Of a stretch of DNA of 64,000 nt, positions 28,200 to 39,977 are shown in pieces. Position 1 is the first letter of the stretch, and each line of letters begins with the position of its first letter. The notes beneath the pieces are model-generated. The model saw only the letters and a program-made list of their open reading frames with translations. It searched no databases and had not been told where the DNA came from. A program made the translations under genes and the position numbers. The stretch covers positions 292,902 to 356,901 of the forward strand of contig MNCI01001846.1 of assembly GCA_015680685.1 (NCBI GenBank), read 5' to 3'. Source of the stretch: Gnetum montanum (taxonomy: Eukaryota; Plantae; Gnetophyta).

Positions 28200-31100
28200 T
28201 CATAACAGTGCCCAACTTCTCCCTGCTGATGTTCTTAGGTTAAGGGATGGAAGTTGGCGACGCTCACGTTCCAATGTATCTATGCCACGGTTGTTAGCAT
28301 GAGTTATCTCCTTAGTTCGTTCCATGCATACTTGCTTGCTCCCTTGAGTAGCTATCAACCATTGGGTGTCTACTATTGGTTGTGAGGTTGCTACATACAG
28401 GCATCTTTGTGTTTCACTTTCAAGGGAACACCTATTACATGGAGACGTTCCCTCCATGTCATCACCCAATGAATCACTGTATGTGATGCATGGAATCTTC
28501 TTCTTCTCGATCTTTCCGTAAAAGTTCATCTTAGAAATCTGCAAGGAAAGATCATGGATACCTAGGTACGCATCTATAGTGCTTAGCCATGGTCTTCCCA
28601 TTATAATGGGGAAGTTCCCTTCATTATTTACCTTGATCACTAGGAAATTGGCTGGGTATGACCACCCACACATAGTGGTGATAACGTCCTCCACCAATCC
28701 TAAGGGAATGGTAATGGACTGGTCAGCCAGCTCTAATTGTATGTTACTCTTCTTAAGTTGGGGCAGGTTCCAGTCTTGATACATCTTTTGTGAAATTAAG
28801 TTGACTTCAGAACCTGAGTCAAGAAGAGCTCAATGTGGTGCATTTCTGGCAATCTACAAATAAATTAAGGGACTCCCAAGATCAGATAGTTTCCTAGGAA
28901 GGTGGCCCACCTTTATCCAGTCAGTTATGGTATGTGTTAACATAACCGTTTGCGTACTTAGTTGTTGGACTGAAGGGTTCTCCGAAGCGTTAGTGGTTAG
29001 AGGCCTATACATGTACTCAACCGCTTGTTGTTGCGAGAGTTTGTCGAGGCTCCTGGTTCTGAAAAAGGGTCTCTTCTTTGTACAATTACAATTGGCAAAA
29101 CAAGTACCCGGTTGGCTATCTACACACTGTATATTTACAGCTCTCACGGCGTTGCGTTGTTGTGGTTGGGTAGGTAACTCCCCTTGCATTGTTGGAACAG
29201 GTTGTATGGGAGCTACAGGTGGAAGAGGTGAGGGTGGAGTTAGAGGATGGGATGCATGTGAGATATCTCCCGAAGGAGAAGGAGTCCTCCTGAAGTACTC
29301 CTGAACTTGGTAGTGATGTTGGGGAGTGTTGTGACCCATAGAGTCACCTAGAGAAACCGGCTGCTGCACATAATATCCATAAGGATCGGGTTGTTGGTAA
29401 GGGTATTGATGTGTTGGCGGTGGCATCCCCCATGATTGTGGATGTTGCCACTGCTGATGTTGTCCGATAGGCTATGGAGGCGTTCCACTTGGATAATACG
29501 TTAAGGGTTGGTGGAACTGCCTTGGGTTACCTTGTGGATAAGGTAACCTTCGGGGTGTTTGCCGTTGATTAAGTCTTGGATTTAATGCATACACCCCAGA
29601 CTCCTGCAGATGTGAGATAATTGGGCAACATCCCTTGGGATGTTCATAGTAGCAGACCTCACATCCACTATCATCATCTGTCTCAGAGTTCACAACATCA
29701 TCGGGGATAGGATTTTTCCCCTTACCCTTGTTATGTGCAGGGTTTAAGTTTCTCTTCTTAGTTTTTCCTTTGTCACTACCTTGTTCTAACTTAGACTCTT
29801 CTACAATTTTTAAAACGGTTTCCATCCTTGAGTCTAAGTGATCCCACATTTGGTCCATCTTGGCCGATACCTTGATTATTAACTTTTGGATCGGCAAGAT
29901 CTTCCAGTTCACCAACTCTTCGAGTGGTGACTCATCCTCCTCATCACAAAATTTCACTCCCTTCTTGCGAAGGGAGGAGTCACGATTATACTCTTCTGCA
30001 CTTTCCCGTTTACGTAGCTCGCCCTCTTCTTGCGCTACTTGTTCCAACAAGCTTTCTACTTCATGGGCTCTAAGTTTAGCAAGTCTCCCTTGGGCATAAG
30101 TCCCAAGAGTCCTTCTCGTTTCATTCTGAAGCCCATCCACGATGTGGCGAAGTTGATCCCGTTTAGCGTACCCATGGCCTGGGCAACGATGTAACAATGT
30201 GTAGTAATGGGCCATGGCAGCATCCAAGGGCTCATAAGCACCTTGTTTCCAACCTTGGATCTACTTCCGCAAGTTAGACACTCTGGAGTACGTCTGATAT
30301 TTGTTGTTAAACAGTTCTAGCATCGTACTCTACCTCCTGATGGTTTCCAGTTCTAAGGACCGGTACCAGCTTTCTGCTTCTTTAGTGAGTGTCCTTGGGA
30401 ACAACTTAAGTTTCTACCACTCATTATCAATATTCTGCAAGGTACAAGCATCGTGGAATGCCTGTAAATGATGTTGAGGATCAGCGTTGTATCCCCCTTC
30501 AAAACGTGGGATATTATTTATGTCCAACTGCTTGATCCTGCTATCTTTCAAATGCCTTGTGGGGATCCTAACTGCCTCTGTGATATCAAGCATGCTTCAG
30601 GTTATGAGTAGAGGCTCGTCATGATCATTTCTATCATGACGTCTGTGATGTCTTCGTGTTGGTTCCCTACTCTCCCTACGTCCTTGCCCTTGTCCTAACT
30701 CCTCTCGACCTTCCTATCGAGGTCTTTCATCTACTTTACTTTTACCCTCTCCGTTGTGCTCATGATGGCTGTGCCCAGATGTGGAAGGAGAGTGTGAATG
30801 GTGCGATGAAGGATAAGAGGAAGGGGATCCATCACCACGGTGGTGTTTCTTACCTTCTCTTCGGCTGCTTTGGCCCCGATCGTTATAACAATCTAAGTGC
30901 CTATCCTTAGTGTGAGTGGTGGTTTCCACCATGAACAGTTGGTTTTCACGGGGATCAGAGCCTGTAATATGTATAGTTGATCGTAGGCCTTGATGCCTAA
31001 CCTCTTCACCGTTGTGAGGAGGGGGAACATCGTTTTCTAAGAAACCCGCTATGAGGGGCTCTTCGTCTCTTATTTCACTAAGGACATGGGAAACCTTACC

Positions 31101-31472
31101 CTTCAACAGTGTGTGTTGGCTCTCTTGCCTTTCGTCCCTCATACGTTGCAAAGCGGTGGGATGATAATCCCTTATATCATATTCTCCAGCAACGTATTCA
31201 GCGAATAAGTCCTGCATGCCAATCTGTGCTAAGGCACGGAAGAGCATGCTTGGGACAGATCGATCTGGTGGTAACACTATGTTACCAAACAAATCTCTCC
31301 AGCGCAACTATTCATCCTAATGGAGGATAAAAGTGTGATCAGTAATATACTCATCGAGATGAGTATAAACTATCTTATACTGCGTAGGACTTGGCTGATT
31401 TGGGTTATGTGTTTGGTGCTGACTGTCTTCTGTGTTATTCCTAGATGAGTTAATCTTTTGAGAAGAAGCCAT
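28200..31472 (-). pseudogene. gag-protease polyprotein of element C (several premature stops)
   Basis: Starts MASSQK at 31472; LRWRD N-terminal domain, His/Arg/Asp-rich linker, gag core (KLFPRTL, IQGWKQG), CEVCYYEHPKGC motif, P/Q-rich region, protease LLDSGSEVNLI...IIMGRPWL; ends at stop 28200. Internal stops are mostly explicable as C-to-T changes. Confidence 0.88.
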
Positions 31473-32269
31473 CTTATCGATGTGCTGTCACCATTAAATA
31501 TGTTCTTAATTAACTAATCAACCCAAAGGTTCATTAAGGCTCCCAACGATGTGAAAGATTCCTAATGTTCTAATTGGCGTACAAACACTTAGTCCCCAGC
31601 AATGGCGCCAATGATGAGTGGCGGGTATCCCTGCACTCAACCATACGAAATGAGTGTAGCACGCACGATCCGGTCGAACTCTGCAGACTAAATGCCTAAA
31701 TGCCTCAAGGAACACTTGGGATTAATTAATCGTTGTCTTCCCAAACTTACTCGTTGTTGTCATGGTGTATGGTTAAGTAAGTTTGAGGTATATGATTTTT
31801 TTGGTCTTTTATGGCTTTTCTCCTATGCTATGAGGTAAAGGGTAGAGAGAATAAAAATAACTCTAACTACAACACTAAGTCCTAGCATCAGCATCCGTTC
31901 CCACTTACCGTACACACCTTGAACTGTGCAACTGTGGCTACCAAACGCTAATCGTTACTGGGATTACCACATGTAACACATGTGCTCGAAGCAGTCATAC
32001 TGAGGCACTTAACTACTCTAAGTGTGATAAGCAGCCATTCCTTGGCTAGCCATACACATCCGTAGATGCTTGTAACCAAGTCGTACTTATCCCACGATCT
32101 AGGAGGAAAGGGTAAGAAGGCCTAATCGCGATGAGTAGCCGATTCCTTAATTAGCCGTACACATTCGTCAATGCTCGTAATCAAGTCATACTCATGCCGC
32201 GCTAACAACATGTAATAAATAACAATAAATAAAATCTATCCATGCACTATAAGGTATATCCACTGATGG

Positions 32270-32402
32270 GACGTGATATCGCATGGGCCGCGATATCGTG
32301 TATGCGGTATCACGGCAGTCCCGATATCGCGTACGCGATATCGCGTTGTCCCCTGTGATATCGCATACGCGATATCATAGTCCGTCGCAATATCTATAAA
32401 TA
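32270..32402 (+). promoter_or_regulatory. LTR U3 array of GCGATATCGC-like palindromes with TATA box (element D 5' LTR)
   Basis: About eight GATATC-centred units followed by TATAAATA at 32395-32402. Equivalent arrays at 40155-40290, 26082-26165 (minus), 41353-41440 (minus), 3055-3064 and 63943-63992. Confidence 0.75.
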
Positions 32403-33262
32403 AGAGCGGCTCTCCCTTATTTGACATCCCAGTTTTAGAGTAGCGAAGCTCTGGCAGTTTGATCCCTCCAGAGTTAGTTTATTTTCCAGTGTATGCCTGC
32501 AATGTGGTGAATGTGGTTGTACGGTGTCTTTATTCGAGTGTGCTGTACTTGGACACGCACATGACCGACAATAAAGATCGAGATTACTTCATCATTGTAG
32601 CATTCACTTTGTCATTTATTTACTTGTTATTTATTACTTTCATAGCATGGTGTAAGTACGACTTGATTACGAGCATCTACAGATGTGTACAGCTAGTCAA
32701 GAAATCGGTTGCTTATCGCAATTAGTCTCTCACCCTTAAACTCCTAGAAGAAGAATGAGTACAACTTGGTTACGAGCATTTAAGTGTGACTACTTGGTAG
32801 CCCAGTGGCATAGCCAAGATCTGCGCTTGGTAATCCCAGTGGTGTATTCAGGATCTACACTTGGTAATCCCAGTGGCGTACCTAGGACCTGCGCTTGGTA
32901 GTCCCAATGGTAGTCGTGCACGAAGTCCAAGATGTGTACGGTTGATCAAGGAATCGGTTGCTCGTTGCACTTAGGCTAGAATAGATTCTCTTACCCTTTC
33001 CCTCTTAGCTTAGTTTAGTTAATATTATTTTTCCACTATCATCAGGAGTAGCAATAGAATAGGAACACATCATACACCTCACTCTAGACTAAACCATACG
33101 TGACATATGATAAATACTAGTCCAGGTGAGAAGACAGCGAACTGTGACCTAAGGTTAACTGTCTAGGTGCCACAACTAGTCCGTCTACGGAGTTCAACCG
33201 GATCACATGTGAAACGCTCGTATTCGTATGGTTGAGCGAAGGGATACCTCGTCGCTCATCAT

Positions 33263-33280
33263 TGGCGCCGTTGCCGGGGA
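33263..33280 (+). other. Primer-binding site complementary to the tRNA-Asp 3' end
   Basis: TGGCGCCGTTGCCGGGGA, one base after the LTR's terminal CA; typical of Athila elements. Confidence 0.9.
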
Positions 33281-33402
33281 CGATGCTAGTTATCTAGATT
33301 ATTTAAATCATACAAGGTCGCTGTAAAGAACTTAACGATATATCTCTTAGAAAGAAGAAATAATTTTAAAAGTCATGCATAAATTCACACACAACTCCAA
33401 AC

Positions 33403-35393
33403 AATGTCTCTCCTACAAGATAATCATAACGCCACACTTAGTGAGGAAATTCATCGGAGAACTAACGAATTATATGATGATGAAGATTGGAGTATACAAC
33501 CTGAAGTGGGAGTTTCTTATAAAAATAAAGACGAACAAAAACAATGTCATCACAACACATGAAGACATAACTTACCTAATGACGATGAACCCCCACTAGC
33601 CACTACAAGCTTAACACAAATACAAGAGGCTGTTCGAATCTCACGTAGGCATCATAAAGAGAGCCGACTACCCAGGCTCGATTTAAATAACTTTCCTAAA
33701 TTTTCAGGAGGCTATGACTTAGATCCACATCAACATTTACTAGCCTTCTACAATGCCTGTACATGGAATAATATTGATAACAGTTGGCAAAAACTTAAGC
33801 TCTTTCCTATGACACTTGTTGACCAAGCTAAAGTATGGTATAGATCGTTAAAACCAACCTCGATACGATGCTGGTCAACAATGGTAGAAGTCTTTAATGA
33901 AAAATATCAAACCTACGCTGGAGTGTCAGCCTTGAGGAAACAAATCCAAGGATGGAAACAAGCAAAACATGAACCCTTGGACATGGCCTTAGAAAGATAT
34001 TATGCACTGTTAAACAACTGTACAGGCCATGGGTTTTTCAAGGAAAGGATAATGTATCATATCATTGATGGGCTACGTAATGAAACAAGAGAGACTTTAG
34101 GAACATATGCCCGAGGTCAATTATACAACCTATGAACCCATCAAATCCAAGAGCTTATTAAGCAGGTAGCAAAAGAAGAAGGAGAATTAGCCAGATGGGA
34201 GAGTTGAAAAACATCAACAGGACCAAAAAAGTAACTCAACAAAGGTCCATGATCATAACAAGGAGAGATCAACAAATCTCAAGGTGGAAGTATCATCTTT
34301 GACAATACAACAATCGTTAGAAGAAGCAGAGGCAAAGATCAACAAAATGTTGGAGCAGATGTATCAAAAGTGTGGGGAGTATATCAACAACATTGGAGAT
34401 AGAGTTTTAACAACCCAAGAAGTAGGGCAAAATAGTAGACATTCAGAGAAAAAGAATAAAGGGAATAAGTGCTTCACTGCCAATCCTATGGATGAATGCA
34501 ACATATGCCTGTACGATCACCCCAAAGGCCAATGCCCAATATTGTTACATCTACATGAGCATTGGGAAAACACGTTACATCCAAAGTTCGTACAGAGATA
34601 CTGTGTTAGACCACAGTGGCAACAAACCCAGTCATGGGGGAGACCATCCTTAGACTAGAGGCACCCTTCAAATTTTCCGAATCCAAATGCTTATTACGTC
34701 CAACATCCTGTTTCTACATTTGGGCCACCATACTCTATCTCACCACAATACCATTCTCCACAATACTATCAGCCCATACTTCCAACACGACCACCACCTT
34801 ATGCACCTTCTATTCCTCCTAACTTCCAACATTCTTATCCTTTCCCTCCTTCCACAATGCCACCAACTGTTCCTAAGGTGTTTGTGCCACCGCAACAATC
34901 CACGAACAACACTTGTGCTACTGCTACCAACAGCAGTGAGCAACCTCAGCAGCATCAAAGGCGTCCTTTCTTTAAACACGGTCGTAGGAAGGGACAACAT
35001 AATTCTGAGGCCACTGCATCTTCTAACCCAGCACAAGTTCCACATTGTGGTGCACCCTTACCTTTGAACACAATGCCTCATGTAACTTCATCAGGGCCAT
35101 CATCAAATGCTCCAACAACCATACAGCCCAATGAACACAATCATGGGAGGCATCAACCTAATCCTTGCATACCATCTAACGGTCACAAACATCATAGTGG
35201 ATCAACTCGTTATCTGGAAACTACATCGTATAAAGTGCCCCACTATGCTCATTATTATGAAGTGTGTGAAATCCAAGGGGATAAGTATGGACCGATTTCA
35301 ATATTTCCAATATGCAAGGATTCTCATTTCCCATTTATTAATCCTTGCCATACTCAACCGTTTAGTTATGGGGGATATCCCCCATTTCAATAA
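33403..35393 (+). pseudogene. gag of element D (disrupted; start approximate)
   Basis: KLKLFPMTLVDQAKVWYRSL...IQGWKQ, CNICLYDHPKGQC and RRPFFKH, all homologous to the A/B/C gag. Stops (e.g. 34133) and frameshifts; no protease follows. Confidence 0.85.
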
Positions 35394-36764
35394 CAAGCAG
35401 GATTAATAAATATATTTTTTTTATTTTCTTTTATTTTACAACTTTTTATTTTCCATTTTTTCATTTTTCAACTTTTTGTGTGTGTTTGTGTTTTATGTTT
35501 TTGTAAGTAATCTTATCTATGAATAAAACACTCATGTGGATCATTGGTTGAGGTGTGTTTTATGTTATTAAGTCATGAGTGATCAATTATTTTGGAACAG
35601 TGAGCCCATTGCATCCACTCATCCACTCTATCGATAAGAGGTTCTGTCTAAGGGTACAGTGATATTCTTGAAATTTCTAAAACTTACAATTAATTTTGTG
35701 TCATTGTACCCAGAATGAAGAAGGATGGACCAAGAGGGAATGGTTAGGGTGTGACAGCAAGGGGACTTGTGGATTCTCTTTGGTGTCATCTGTGGATGTT
35801 ATCATGTAACTTGGTTGTACTAAGATCCTTGTAAATCTAATGAAAAATGGGAGTAAGAGTAATCAAAAGGGCACTTGAAAATCAAACGCTATTCTAGAAG
35901 GTCCCACTGGAAAGACATGCACCCATGCCTGAAGGTTGGCGGTTTCTCTAGATTCAGTAAAGTGAAAAAGAAAAAGAAAAAGAAAAGAACAACAAAGTGC
36001 CATAAAACAAAAATCACTCCTCCCTTGTACTAAACGCCAAGTGATCGTACGCCTTGTTGCTATGGTACTCTCATAGTTGTTCATCATGGGATGAACCAAT
36101 GCGATGTCACTGTTTGGAAGGATGGATTTGGTCTTGATCTTGGAATGACGGGTTAATGACACATTAATTATGCTTTACATGCAGGATTCATTGTGCCTTG
36201 AGTCAATTACCTCATGTCCCAATTTCTACAATCCCTTTCTATAGTTTATCTCATCTCACTATTCGTGTAATTGTAGCACATGTCCCATGTAGCATAGAAT
36301 TTTCATCTCATTCTGGTGATATTTACCTGTGTGTGTTTTGTGGAGTTAGTGCAGATTACCTCTAACCCTTCTAGTGCCCACGGACACTTTAAGTGTGATT
36401 ACACAAGGGCATAATAGGTTGAAACCTACTTTGGGGAGGATCCACTTGTGTAATTTTGTTATAATCTTCATTAATTCTATAGCTAGAACACACAATTTCT
36501 TACCCTTAGCTTGCGTTTACATAACTTTCTTTCCCTATTATTATCCCTCTTAATTTTCAGTTCCAATGTACCATTAAATTCCCTTTTCTTCATAACCCCC
36601 AAAATTAAAATTGTTAAAATTCACATCATTATCATTCATAGTGCCTTTAAACTTCATGTAATTACCCTTGAACACCTTTATGCATGCTAATGTCCTTCAT
36701 ATTTTGCCTTAATTTCAGAAAAATCATTAAAAATTTCGATCTTTTGGAGTGTCTCACATTAGTA

Positions 36765-36830
36765 GGGACAAGATATCGCGTACGCGATGTATCGTACACG
36801 ATATCGCGTCCCCTATTCCTATAAATAGGG
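36765..36830 (+). promoter_or_regulatory. Putative internal promoter for ORF2 (GATATCGCG motifs + TATA box)
   Basis: AGATATCGCGTACGCGAT...CGATATCGCGTCCC followed by TATAAATA at 36820-36827; same layout as the LTR U3 array. Confidence 0.6.
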
Positions 36831-37148
36831 TACCCCGCCGCTACACTTAGCTTCATTTTCAAATTTCTGCGAGGGGAGTTGTTGAATTTTTTCTCTGCGA
36901 CTTGCGACTGTGTGACCCTTGATTTTTCCATCATATCTCGCGCACTGGTGCTCCGATTTTTGTTCCGTTTGAACCTGCTTGAACCCAGAGTGTTCAGTTT
37001 AGTTGTGGGGGAGAGACACTTATCGAAAAGTGCTCAAATTTTTTGAAATTTATCATTGCCCAAGGACATCAATTAGGGTCATTAACTTAACACTTAACAT
37101 AATTGTGCCGAATATTATATACCCCTTAAGTACACCGGAAGATTAGCA

Positions 37149-39977
37149 ATGAACCCACTTAAGTTATAGGACTTATCATTTTACCTTTCAGGCAAGATCA
37201 CACGATATAATATCTAATCTTTAATTAAGGCAAGTAGTAAGGTATAACTTAATTCTCCAAACAACCTTGTCGGACAACATGCAGAACATGAGGTACACTC
37301 ATTTAGCATCCATCAGGAAGAACCTCCTACCAGATGATCTGAGCAGGTAGAAGGAGAAGTTGCTGCTGCACCTGAACCGGGACAACAACTCACATTGTCC
37401 CAAGAATGTGTTCAGGCTATCCACAAGAAGTCCACATTCGTTGTAGTGATTGTGGAACTTAACTTCGATTCTTTTGCAGAGTTTGCTCCTGAGGCTGTTA
37501 GGGATCACCTCAAAGGGTCTCCCTTATGGCCTGTCCTCTCGACAAGCAGTGCTTGGTACTTAGGTGAAATGTACCAGTTCTGGCACAATAGGGAACAAGG
37601 CACCACAGTTAACATTGGTGGTGTGATAGTAGACTTTTCTGCACAGGCGATTTCAGAAGTGCTTAACCTTCCGAATTTAGGACCCCACGTTGCTCGGTTA
37701 TCTACCTAATCAGACCCTGATGTGCGAAAGGAATGGCTAGAGAAGGCTTACGGCAGAGATAAGGCTTTTGGCGAGCTGACAACGGAAGAGCGGATCTATT
37801 TCAAAATCAGAACTTATCACCTCTTCCCCACAAAAGGTTTAAAAAGAATATCGACGTATGCGGTAAGAGGATGTGCAGTGTTGATGGGAAAGGTTAATGC
37901 TAACCTACCCCATCTATATTTAACGGAGATCCTAAGACGGTTTGAAAAATGGAAGACAGGAAAGATGGCATTGCCTTTCCCCTGTCTTATTAGAAAACTG
38001 TGTCAGTGGGCTGGTATTGGGGGGTACACCAATGACGTCCTCCGTAAGGCCCAACAAGCTTCCTATGCTGAATTGTTAAAAGCGCTAGCTCCAAGGAAGA
38101 GTACTGGCAAGGAGCTGGAACCCGAAGAAGAAGAAGAACAAATGACTGGACCACCTGCAACTCAACTTGCAGGACCCAGCCAAACTCCAGCCATGGGTCC
38201 CAGCCAACAACAAGAGGAAGCAAGACTTAGCACAGGTCAGGATCAACCATTGCGCCAAGACTATAGACTATCAATGAGCCATCTCAAGGCTATCACTGAG
38301 ATGGTCAGTTGGGGAAGTCATGATGACACAAGTCTCTTCCATGTCATCGATGATGCCGTTCAGCCTACAATCTCATTGGATCACATAAAAGGTGAAATAT
38401 CCATCCAAACAGGAGGAGGGGAAAATGAATGGTCACAACAGATCTCTGGGAACGCGGCATCATTTCAAGTGCAGTTAGAGACTGGTGAAGGTGCCACTGT
38501 GGTGGTCATGCAACACCAGAATGCCGCGGGAGCTGTTGAGGTGGTCACTGACCACATCAAGGAATCATTTAATGTGCCTGTTGTGCCACAGGCAGATCTT
38601 TTAGAAGCAAAAGATGCTCAAACTCTTGCCAGAACCTCAATGTCTCCTGCAGAGCATGAGGATGCATTAGACAGGTTGCTTCAAATAGAACAAACTTTGA
38701 CGTCCCTGTTTGACATCCCTGAGGATGTCACGGCAATTCAGTCAGACCTCATCTCTACCAAGGGGAAGCTGGTCATCTCTGAAGTTAGGGCGGAGCATGC
38801 TGAAGCAGAAGTACACAAATTACAAGAGCAGCTCACAGCCTTGCACGCAGCACAGTGGAATCCTTTGCAATTTGTTCCCGCAAACCAGCTCAAAAACTTC
38901 AGAACTGAGCAACTGACTAAACTAACTGCAAAAAATAAAAAGGTGGCTGAGGAAAAGGAGAAGGCTGTTTGGGATTCCTCAGTAGTTGAAGCGCAAACCC
39001 ATGCGCACTTTAAGGCACTCAAAGCCTTAGAAGAGGAGAATAAGAAGTTGGTTGCAGATAATCTCCGGTTGACATTTGTAGAAAAACAAAAGAATGTTCT
39101 CAATGAGCACTTTCATCAACTTCGGGAACAATTCATTCGAGTCAACCGTGATGTGAGTCATTTAGCCAGGGAGAATCGAACCCTCTCGATGGAGGAGGTA
39201 TGCACCATTCGCCAGAATTCAGCAATTGAAATCAGCGCGTGGCAAGATGAAGCTAAACAACATGAAAAGCTGAAGGAGCACTTCCGTGATCAGGTGGGAA
39301 TGTACAAACAAATCCTGGAAAAGGAGATCCACATGGCCAAAGCTCAGATAAATAATCTTAGTGCCCAAGACACTGATTGGAGGACCATTGTGGACACTTA
39401 TGCCTTCGCCCATCAAGCGGAAGTTAAAAACCAGGACCTGCAAATCCAAGATTTGATAGAATACATGGAGTTGGCAAACCTTAGATATGCCAACCTTGCC
39501 ATGTTAACAGTAGGACACTGGAGATCAGAGCTGGAGCAGCAGGTAGCATCCACTCATCTCAAATATGAAACAGAATTTATAGAATGTAAGAAACTGGTTG
39601 AAAAATTGGACATTGTAAATTTTGAGCTCGAGGTGGTTAAAGCAAGCTATCAGGGACAAAAGGATGTGTCAACCAACCTGGCTCGACAGCTAACAAACCT
39701 TCATGAATACAAAGATAAAGCTAGAGCCTATGAAGAGGAACGACGGGTGTTCGTGGCATGGTACGTCAAGGCCAATCAGATGTTTCCACAACTACCATGT
39801 TCGTGGGAGGTGCTGACTCCATCAAACATAGGAACACTTGCATGGACGGCACAGGACCCTCAGACTGAAGAGGAGAAGCTCCAAGCTATTCTTCAACGCC
39901 ATCAAACTTCCAGGATTGGAGCACACGACAAAGGAAAGACACCTATGGAGGAGCCACCACCACTAGGAACTACATGA
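37149..39977 (+). CDS. Accessory env-position ORF2 of element D: plant-transposon-protein-like N-terminal domain plus long coiled coil; open from 37710 to 39977
   Basis: One frame from ATG 37149, with stops at 37167, 37215, 37245, 37335 and 37707, then >750 open codons. Motifs VNIGGVIVDFSAQAISEVLNLP and LPFPCLIRKLCQWAGI recall the Athila ORF / putative plant transposon protein domain. C-terminal half is heptad-rich and ends near DKGKTP. Confidence 0.8.

Noticed and set aside
32793-32910. CRISPR-like array: CTTGGTA(A/G)(T)CCCAGTGG four times with 33-34 bp period (also ~40694-40811)
   Set aside because: The intervening segments are similar to each other, the array lies inside both LTRs of a plant retrotransposon, and there are no cas genes. 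It is an LTR minisatellite.
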